Assembly (NCBI GenBank): GCA_964057225.1
Contig: OZ059900.1
Span: 9,610,001-9,674,000, forward strand
Origin: Auanema rhodensis
Lineage: Eukaryota > Animalia > Nematoda
Direction: 5' to 3'
DNA: 64,000 nucleotides
Made by a program: the position numbers and the translations under genes
Shown here: piece by piece, positions 38,373-46,791 of the stretch
How positions within the stretch are numbered: position 1 is the stretch's first letter
Layout: every line of letters begins with the position of its first letter
The notes under the pieces: model-generated
What the model was told of the DNA's origin: nothing
Seen by the model: the letters and a program-made list of their open reading frames with translations, nothing else
Database searches by the model: none

Positions 38373-41300
38373 ATGCTGCCCAATACTGGTCCAAAACCTC
38401 CGCTGGACCCTGCTGCCACTTCAAATATTATAAGAAGAAAAAGACAACCGCCCGCAACATATTCTCCCCCCTCTGCAAAACAAGCGAAGTTAAGCATTAA
38501 AACAAAGTCAATGGTAATACATACCCCAAGACATCGCGGCATTCAAAAACAATTCACCAATCCCAAATCACATGAAAAAACGAAGAAACAAAAAACAGAC
38601 ATAGTCGAAAGAAACACCTTAGAAAAGAAAATTATCCCAAACATTAAATCTATTCCTAAAAACATAGCAAGCAAAGGGAACCCTCAAAACCCCCCAACCA
38701 ACACCATACCAAATACAATCAACCCAATCAATCCTTTAATAGCCACCCCTAGAAGAAGCAATACACCAACCACACAAAAATCACCTACGCCCGCACTTTC
38801 TTCAACCACACCCGCAGTAAGCTCATCCCCACCTCTACGAAACTCACCTTCATCCATTGATCATTCTACATCCGGGCATTCTCTATCTCCGTCTCTTCCA
38901 TCGCAAACTAATCAAGCAAATACTTTTGTTGCAGAAAACAAGAGAATTAACCCAAGAATGGACCTAATGGACGAAGGCGCACCACTTACGCAAACCTCGG
39001 GAAGGGCACCTGTTCCAACACCTACAATCATCCCTCAACCAGCAGCGATTCCGTCCGCCATACGCGATATAAAAGCTCCACGCTACGATGGAAAAACACC
39101 ATTCAACCGCTATCTACTATACCTAGATGAACACTTCAACGCTACAAGAACAACTATGCCCGAACGTCTTCAAAGCATACAATTATTGCTAGAAGATGAT
39201 CGAGCAAGAGAAGCGTACAGAAAACTCACAACCGAAGATAAGCGACTTGGATGGGACCATGTCAAGAAGCGACTCTCAGAAATGATCACACCGAAAAAAC
39301 AGAGAGAACGAGCAATGCACCGCCTACATGGCTTGAAACAGTTACCAACGGAATCGGTACAAAGCTTTGCAACAAGATGTTCTAACGAAGCCTACTCGGC
39401 TATGGACATGAACAACGAAAGTGAGCTTATCGGCACAACACATGTTCCACTAGCACGAGAAACATCTCCGTGGGAACACCAGACCACGAAAGCATATGTG
39501 GTTAGCTTAGAAAACAAAACGCTAAGACCAGGAGAAACAAGAACGCTCACGCTAGAAGTACACGATCCAGAAAGCTATGAACAGGCGTTTCTAGATTGTA
39601 AGAAACCAGGCAACAAACTCTCTTTCACGCCTACTATATTTACGCCAACTGGATACGGAGTACAAATTTACGCGACAAACATATGCAAACAGCCACTCGA
39701 AATTCAAATGAATCAAGAAATAGGGATAGCAGAAGCGATACCAAAGGACAACCAAGAAAAATACGAAGGACAATACATACCTCCAGAAGCTCGATGGGAA
39801 GAACAACTGCCATATTTCCCAGACAATTTCATCAATGAGCTTGACCTCTCAGAAGCCTGCTTCTCGCAAATCGAACAACAGCAACTGAAAGAAATAATTT
39901 TACTACATAAACAAGCGTTTCTCAACGAAGATAGAAATATCGGACTCTTCCTAGGACCAATTGAACACTCCATTCCAATCATGCCAGGAAAAACACCATC
40001 ATTCAAAATTACTTATCGTATACCACTCTCCCAACAAGAAGAAGTGGAGAAACAAATAGAAGAAATGCTACAACAAAGAATCATTGAACCATCAAACTCA
40101 ATGACAACTAGTCCAGTAATTTTGGTGAAAAAGAAGGACAAAACTTACAGATTTGTAACGGACTTTCGAGCGCTGAATGCAATCACCCAGAAACAAGTAT
40201 ACGTCATATCAAACATACAGGACATCCTAGATTTGGCCGCTGGAGCAAGGATCTTCAGCAACTTTGATTTAGTATCTGGATTTTTCCAAATACCTCTTAA
40301 GAAAGAAGATCGTCATCTTACAGCTTTCACAACAACAAGTGGAACTTATCAATATTGTCGAATGCCGATGGGATTATGTGGATCACCCCATACTTTTCAA
40401 AACGCAGTACGATACCTGCAATCAATGGTTAAATGCAAGCTATTCGTATATCTAGATGATTTACTGTTAATCTCTGAATCTACGACAGCACATTTAAAAG
40501 ATATTGAAGAAGTTTTGGAAGCAGTAACTCAAATAGGATTCAAAATAAAACTGAAGAAATGCGCATTCGCAAGAAAGGAAGTAAAATTTCTAGGATACAT
40601 AGTTGGACAAGAAGGAATTAAACCGGACCCACATAAAATTAAGGCAATACAAGATTATCCCCAACCAAAATCAACAACAGGAGTAAGAGCTTTCATGGGA
40701 GTAGTAAACTACTTCAGAAGGTTCATAAAGAACGCTGCAGGAATAGCAACACCACTCTACAACCTCACTCGGAAAGACACTCCGTTCAAATGGACAGAAG
40801 AAGAAGAAATTGCTTTTAATACTTTGAAGAAAACATTGACTCAAGCACCTGTGCTACAAGCACCAATCCCGAAACGACCATATGTTATTGAAAGTGATGG
40901 AAGTATGATAGCAGTTGGCGCTGTACTACTTCAAGCGAAAGACGATCAAGAACCATTACATCCAATAGCTTTTGCTAGTCGGAAACTCAACAAAGCTGAA
41001 AGGAATTATCCACCAATAGAAGTAGAAGCATTAGCTCTTACATTCGCCGTCAAACAATTTCGCACCTACATACTAGGAACAGCAACCAAAATTATCACGG
41101 ACCATAGACCACTCACTAGTTTAATGACTAGAAAGGATTTAATAGGTCGTTTAGCAAAATTTCAAATTGTTTTACAAGAATACGATATTGAAATTATCTA
41201 CAGACCAGGAAAATTAAATAGTGTATGTGACGCATTATCACGATATTTTGAAGATGAAATCAACGAAGCAAAACCACCAGCAAAGAAGAAAAACGAAAGA

Positions 41301-43262
41301 AAAACGACGGAAGATACTATTCATCAGATAAACACCTTCACGATAGCAGATATTCGATCAGTTCAGAATCAATCAAATTGGATAAAAGAAACTATGGATA
41401 AAATAAAGAACAATACAGCTGGACGACAACTGACGGACAGATATATTGTGTACAACGATGTACTATACTCAAAACCAAAAAGAAGCCTACAAGTACCACG
41501 AACAATTTTACCACGAGAAGAGCACATAATTAATCCAATTATGAAGAAATTTCATGAAGATCCGACACTCGGAGCTCATCTAGGAATAAACAAAACAATG
41601 GACTCAATATCAAGACGATTTACATGGACTGGAATGCAAGAAGACATTACAAACTACATCAACAGATGTCTTGCTTGTGCGAAAAGAAAGAACAACCCTC
41701 ACGAAGCAACGGTGGAACCAATGAAAAATTTTCCAACATCAACAAAACCATGGCAAAGAGTACACATGGATATACTCGGACCATTACCTAGGACAGAACA
41801 AGAAAACAGATATGTTCTTTCAATTCAAGATTCTTTTTCAAAATGGATAATCGCAATTCCGCTAATCAGACAAACATCAGAAGAAATTATATCAGCTATC
41901 GAAAAATATCTCTTTTATGTTTTTGGACCACCTGTTACTATCATCACAGACAATGGATCTAATTTTATTTCAAACGATTTCACCACTATGTGCAGTAATT
42001 TTGGAACTACACACCACACTACTATGCCGTATTACAAAAACGCTAACGGACAAGTAGAAAGATTACATCGGACGATCGAAGAAGCATTAACAGCCTACGT
42101 TAATGACGAACAAAACGATTGGGATAAGATACTTCCGAAGATTATTTTTACACTCAACAGATTACCAAACGCCACCACTAAAACATCACCATACGAATGT
42201 TTGTTTGGACAAGTAGCACGTCTACCCATTGACAAAAACTTGGAAACACCGGAAGAACAAAATACCACGGATCAGCTCAAAAACTTAAGAGATATTCAAG
42301 AAAAAGTCAAGGAAAAGATTGCCACCAATAAAGAAAGAATGAAGCAGAAATACGATCAAGCACATAGGACAAAAGAAAGAATATTAGATATAGGAGATCG
42401 AGTATTTGTACAAAGAGCGAACCCAAGCAACAAATTACAAATACGAAGAGATGGACCTTACCGGATAGTGACAATTGAAGGAAACAACATCAGCATAACG
42501 GACCAAGATGGAAATATTATAAAAGCTCACAAAAATAACATACGTTATTTTCCACCAGACGATAATCTTATATCAACAAGAAATAATGAAGAAGAGGAAG
42601 AAGAGGACCAAGACATAGCAAACGAAGAAGAAGAAGAAGAAGCAAGTTGGAATAATCTGGATGAATGGGAACAAACCAATAATACGGAAAATAACAACAA
42701 CTGTTACCCAACAGGCAGTCCAGATACTTTCGCGCAACTGTTACCTATCACAGGGAATAACAGAGGAGTAAACGAAGAAGAAATTGAACATAATTCAGAA
42801 ACACCTGACGACCTTGCTACAGCAAGAAGAATAACAAATTCTAATATACAATTAGAAGATGAATCAACAACAATCGACAGAATTCAAGAGGACCTCAGAC
42901 AGCTGACACCTTTCTCTCAAGAAGAAGGTCCTAATCAAAACGATATAGAAGATAATAACGCAAAAACATACGAAAAGCTACGAGATCAATTCAAGAATGA
43001 AAACAGAAAGGAGCTATTTGAGGACAGAAACAAAAACTCACCAGCAATCAAAAATTGGAACACTACACTTGCCGCAGCACTAGGAATAGGAAATGAAAAC
43101 TCACGCCCGTATCATGTTAAACTACAACCCAAAAGAAAAACACAAGACGAAGAAATCAGAAGTAATGGAGAATTGGAACTACATGGAAAAGCGGATCAAA
43201 GCAAAAAGCAGCAGAATAAATCTCCAACGCAAAACAAAGGAGAACAAGTACGAAACTTTTAA
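38373..43262 (+). CDS. Single-ORF Gag-Pol polyprotein: partial Gag, RT, RNase H, integrase, acidic tail; no recognisable aspartic protease
   Basis: RT motifs FDLVSGFFQI, MPMGL, YLDD; RNase H ESDGS, EALAL, TDHRPL; integrase H-H-C-C, HMD, TDNG, NGQVER and GPY. First ATG at 38373 (the track starts at a TTG at 38328). No D[TS]G motif upstream of RT. Confidence 0.93.
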   Translation: MLPNTGPKPPLDPAATSNIIRRKRQPPATYSPPSAKQAKLSIKTKSMVIHTPRHRGIQKQFTNPKSHEKTKKQKTDIVERNTLEKKIIPNIKSIPKNIASKGNPQNPPTNTIPNTINPINPLIATPRRSNTPTTQKSPTPALSSTTPAVSSSPPLRNSPSSIDHSTSGHSLSPSLPSQTNQANTFVAENKRINPRMDLMDEGAPLTQTSGRAPVPTPTIIPQPAAIPSAIRDIKAPRYDGKTPFNRYLLYLDEHFNATRTTMPERLQSIQLLLEDDRAREAYRKLTTEDKRLGWDHVKKRLSEMITPKKQRERAMHRLHGLKQLPTESVQSFATRCSNEAYSAMDMNNESELIGTTHVPLARETSPWEHQTTKAYVVSLENKTLRPGETRTLTLEVHDPESYEQAFLDCKKPGNKLSFTPTIFTPTGYGVQIYATNICKQPLEIQMNQEIGIAEAIPKDNQEKYEGQYIPPEARWEEQLPYFPDNFINELDLSEACFSQIEQQQLKEIILLHKQAFLNEDRNIGLFLGPIEHSIPIMPGKTPSFKITYRIPLSQQEEVEKQIEEMLQQRIIEPSNSMTTSPVILVKKKDKTYRFVTDFRALNAITQKQVYVISNIQDILDLAAGARIFSNFDLVSGFFQIPLKKEDRHLTAFTTTSGTYQYCRMPMGLCGSPHTFQNAVRYLQSMVKCKLFVYLDDLLLISESTTAHLKDIEEVLEAVTQIGFKIKLKKCAFARKEVKFLGYIVGQEGIKPDPHKIKAIQDYPQPKSTTGVRAFMGVVNYFRRFIKNAAGIATPLYNLTRKDTPFKWTEEEEIAFNTLKKTLTQAPVLQAPIPKRPYVIESDGSMIAVGAVLLQAKDDQEPLHPIAFASRKLNKAERNYPPIEVEALALTFAVKQFRTYILGTATKIITDHRPLTSLMTRKDLIGRLAKFQIVLQEYDIEIIYRPGKLNSVCDALSRYFEDEINEAKPPAKKKNERKTTEDTIHQINTFTIADIRSVQNQSNWIKETMDKIKNNTAGRQLTDRYIVYNDVLYSKPKRSLQVPRTILPREEHIINPIMKKFHEDPTLGAHLGINKTMDSISRRFTWTGMQEDITNYINRCLACAKRKNNPHEATVEPMKNFPTSTKPWQRVHMDILGPLPRTEQENRYVLSIQDSFSKWIIAIPLIRQTSEEIISAIEKYLFYVFGPPVTIITDNGSNFISNDFTTMCSNFGTTHHTTMPYYKNANGQVERLHRTIEEALTAYVNDEQNDWDKILPKIIFTLNRLPNATTKTSPYECLFGQVARLPIDKNLETPEEQNTTDQLKNLRDIQEKVKEKIATNKERMKQKYDQAHRTKERILDIGDRVFVQRANPSNKLQIRRDGPYRIVTIEGNNISITDQDGNIIKAHKNNIRYFPPDDNLISTRNNEEEEEEDQDIANEEEEEEASWNNLDEWEQTNNTENNNNCYPTGSPDTFAQLLPITGNNRGVNEEEIEHNSETPDDLATARRITNSNIQLEDESTTIDRIQEDLRQLTPFSQEEGPNQNDIEDNNAKTYEKLRDQFKNENRKELFEDRNKNSPAIKNWNTTLAAALGIGNENSRPYHVKLQPKRKTQDEEIRSNGELELHGKADQSKKQQNKSPTQNKGEQVRNF

Positions 43263-43465
43263 TTAACTAACAAAAATCATAGAATTGTAAAAATAATTTT
43301 TCTTTCTTTCGTATAGTACATTAAACATAAGACATAGATCAAAAACCACCGAAATTCTAATTTCTATCCTTTAATTTTAACAAATTGTAACAATCACTGG
43401 AAAACAAACTATATAAAGAGAAAATTTTGATAGAGAAAAATTCAATAACACTTTTCTTACTCAAA

Positions 43466-44110
43466 ATGACCTCCTCTCTCGCCAACGTCACACTCTCTAC
43501 ATTCCTCGCAACTCCAACACCACTGGTCCCTCTAGCGACCACTATTGAACAAGAATGGATAGAGGTAGAAAACCTTCGTGAAGGTCTTCTACCTATCAAC
43601 TGCATGAAGCCCAACTTAGGACCAATAATAAGCCTCCAAACGAGCAAATTGGAAAAGAAGACACAGCACATCCTATTTATGATGGAACTATTGGAGGAGA
43701 AAACCAAAAACTATAAGGATCACGATCTGAAGGAGCTTTGCCAGCATCAAAAGAAATGGACAGAAGGATGTTCTCTCAGCCAGAAAGAGAACAGAATCCG
43801 AAACATAATGCTGGGACAACCCGCCAGAACGCAGACCACAGCTGACATCTACAAAGCAATGCCGACGTGGACAACACAGATGACACAACAAGCTGTAGGA
43901 AATAGCGGAACCGAAGAAGAAGCATCGTGGATAGAGATAGGGCAAGACCTATCAGTAGTAATCAAAAAACTACTGACAAAAAGGACTACCAACACGTCCG
44001 CATCAAAAAGTAAGGCAAAAGCAGTTAGCCAAACCATCAGAACAATGGAGCTGCTTGGACTAGCATCAATGACGGAAATGATCCAGGAAATTGACCAACT
44101 GGCGGATTAA
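43466..44110 (+). CDS. Extra 214-aa ORF between pol and the 3' LTR; function unknown, not env-like
   Basis: Intact ORF MTSSLANVTL...IQEIDQLAD* with the same A-rich codon style as pol. No obvious signal peptide or TM helix. Confidence 0.7.
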   Translation: MTSSLANVTLSTFLATPTPLVPLATTIEQEWIEVENLREGLLPINCMKPNLGPIISLQTSKLEKKTQHILFMMELLEEKTKNYKDHDLKELCQHQKKWTEGCSLSQKENRIRNIMLGQPARTQTTADIYKAMPTWTTQMTQQAVGNSGTEEEASWIEIGQDLSVVIKKLLTKRTTNTSASKSKAKAVSQTIRTMELLGLASMTEMIQEIDQLAD

Positions 44111-44293
44111 AGAAGAGAGGAAAGGTTTAAATCATTTATAAAATTCTATCTCTTAAAATTTTTCTCTTTATCAATAGTTTGTTGAAAAATTTGCTTTATC
44201 TCATGCCATTTTATTTTTATTTTTTTATTTTTCTCTCTTAATTATTATTTGCATATAACAGCTGAGGTCAGCTGACTTGTATCCGTTGGGGCA

Positions 44294-44710
44294 TGTTACA
44301 TACATATCTCAAAGGAAAGCAGCTGACCATGGCAGCTGCTATTATTAAACTAATGCAGATAGTTTTTAAGCAATTCTGAGAATATTCTAGATGCACTTTT
44401 TATAAGCTTTGTAACAATTTGTGTAAACTGAGTAGGAGTTGTATGGATATATAAACCTGAGTCCTCAAGACTCAGGCATCTCATTATCTCATTATCTTAC
44501 TTTCTCTTTATCTTCTTTATATTCTCTTTCTTAACTTTAGCTTTAATCTTGGTATAATTATATTATAATGCGAACAATAAACCTTTATATATTTCATCTT
44601 TTGTTTCTTATTTCACCTTACATTACACACTTATATTTAAAATCATACTCATCGTCTCATAGTCTGTTTGGATCTCTCAACTTGGAACCATTGAGAATCT
44701 AAATGGAACG
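44294..44710 (+). repeat. 3' LTR
   Basis: Direct repeat of 36696-37112, preceded by a short G-tract (TTGGGGCA). Confidence 0.97.
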
Positions 44711-45143
44711 GCAGTTTTCTTATTTATTTTCTAATGTTTTTCCTAAGTTTCATTCTATTTGAGATTTTTTTTTTCAGATTGTAATTTTTCGACACGCTTT
44801 CCTACATCGTTATCTTTAGGATCGTACAAACAAGATAGCTCAAGGGAACCTAAAATATAGATCGACTATAGACGATCTATATTTCGTTGAAACTGTTAAC
44901 TTTTCTAATAAAGCATTCTTCCACTGATTATCTGTTTTATCGATCCTCAGTGGAGTACCGACAACGAATTACCTTCGCCGAAGCGACAAAACATGATAGC
45001 AGAAAGTGCACTATTTTTGGCAGAAATAAAACATCAAATAAAACATATATTCTTTAAGCATTTCGTTCCATCTGGATCCTCGGTGATTCCGTGTCCGGGG
45101 AAGTTCAAAATATACTATAAGAGGAAAATTGTAGATTTGTGAG

Positions 45144-45368
45144 CGACCCGTGAGATGGAGCTAGCAAGCCAGAATCCACCTCAGGTCTCAAAAATCGGTT
45201 AACCTTATTGTGATCCAATGGAACACACATCGAAAGTTAATTCGATAAGAACGATCATTCTCCCCCAACGCGGATGGGCCGTTCCCGCCAGCAGAACAAG
45301 GGCTGTTGGTCCATAATATTGTGAACCAATGGAACACATATCGAAAGTTATTTCGATAAGAACGATTA
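45144..45368 (-). pseudogene. Two tandem 5'-truncated U2 snRNA copies (45275-45368 with internal deletion; 45144-45257 also 3'-truncated)
   Basis: Both start at about U2 nt 38 (TAATCGTTCTTATCG / TGATCGTTCTTATCG) after the same TTGGGGGAGAA junction. Confidence 0.85.
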
Positions 45369-45385
45369 TTCTCCCCCAAAGGGGA

Positions 45386-45569
45386 TGGGCCGTTCCCGCC
45401 AGCAGTGCAAGAGCGGGTCGACCCGTGAGATGGAGCTAGCAAGCCAGCATCTACCTCAGGTCTCAAAAATCGGTTAACCTTATTGTGAACCAATGGAACA
45501 CATATCGAAGGTTAATTCGATAAGAACGATTACTACACTTTGATCTTAGCCAAAAGGCCGAGAAGCGAT
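45386..45569 (-). ncRNA. U2 snRNA, full length (~184 nt), variant just 3' of the branch-site pairing region
   Basis: Reverse complement ATCGCTTCTCGGCCTTTTGGCTAAGATCAAAGTGTAGTAATCGTTCTTATCG...; Sm site GATTTTTG; stem-loop IV TTGCACT; ends CGGCCCA. Confidence 0.93.
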
Positions 45570-46244
45570 ACTGCAACATCGTCAGAAACATAAACATTGA
45601 GATTATGTATCGTACTTCATACGAGTGCACTCGCTCTTTTGACCACAAGTGTCAGATTTGACTATTTTCGGTGTACCGGTCATTGCTGGCTCCCAGTAAG
45701 TGACAGATTTAGGCAATTCGTGTATTTCTTATTTTTTGTTTAATTGAATTATTATTGTATATATATATATATATATATAGAAATTAAATAATAAAATAAT
45801 TTTTATATAAAAATGGAAAAATAATTTTTTTCAGAATTTTTTTTAGTAGCTACCTAGACCCTTTATAAACTAATGTCACTACTGTCCACTATATTTTTTT
45901 CCATATTTACTAGAAATACATATATATATATATAACCAAGTGAAGAAAATAAATAAAAAGAAGTATAATATACCATACAAAACAACTTCCTATAAAACAT
46001 TTTCATGGAAACGCTTAACTATATAGTATGATCATCAGGATCGCCTAGTTTTGTTTTCTCCTTAGATACGGTGACCTGATGTGCTTGAAGTTTAATGTAA
46101 TTAGCGTCCTTTTCATGCGCGCGGGATCAAAATATAATATTTGAATCATATACCAAATATATTTTTTGATTTCTGTCTATTATTTTCTATAATTAACTGA
46201 GTTGTCATCTATCCATTTTCTGCTAATTTTATTTATAATTCAAT

Positions 46245-46791
46245 ATGGTTTGTTACTGTTTTTCTATTTTCTTGTGACTAATATATTCTTAGGAGACGTT
46301 TGAAGATTTGTTTTATCCAATAGATCTCGAAGCTCTTGAATCTGATTCTACTGTTGATGAAGCCAAATTTGATGAACTTTATGATGAAATAACTACACTT
46401 AGGCAGGAGATCAAAACCCAAAAATTGCGAAACCAACACAAATTGCTTGAAGTCGCAAATACAAAAAGTCGGATAGCTGACATGAAAGCTAGAATCGAAG
46501 CGGAATTACTAAAGAAAACCAATCCAAAGCAGAAAGACGTTGAACTTTGCAAAATGGAATATAGGAAACTTTATTCTCTTCAGCATGAATATATAAATTT
46601 CTTTTGTAATCAAATTAATGTTTTAAACGAAGCTGGAATTCCAATCCCAATCACGTTATTGGACGAATTTCAAGAAACTTGTGCGTATTTCAAGAGAATG
46701 TTGTCAAATATCAACGAAAATGTGTAAGTTTTCTTAACTATACGTATAATTACTAAAGTATAATAATTTTAGAAGTGATATTAAACCATAG
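46245..46791 (+). CDS. 3-exon orphan coiled-coil protein, paralogue of 35618-36292
   Basis: ATG-only exon 46245-46247, exon 46293-46723 (ETFEDLFYPIDL...MEYRKLYSLQHEYINFFCNQINVLNEAGIPIPITLLDEF...), last exon 46773-46791. Intron phases match the paralogue; CGCGGGAT at ~46120. Confidence 0.8.

Larger units (their letters stand above)
36696..44710 (+). mobile_element. Ty3/Gypsy LTR retrotransposon, 8.0 kb, with 4-bp TSD GCAG
   Basis: 417-bp LTRs at 36696-37112 and 44294-44710, identical by eye. GCAG at 36692-36695 and 44711-44714. PBS present; RT-RNaseH-IN domain order. Confidence 0.97.

Noticed and set aside
45070-45125. Sm-like ATATTTTGA plus hairpin on the minus strand as an SL or SmY RNA
   Set aside because: No spliced-leader exon, donor site or 5' stem-loop could be identified.
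45188-45648. ORFs with an internal peptide repeat
   Set aside because: They are translations of U2 snRNA and its tandem fragments.
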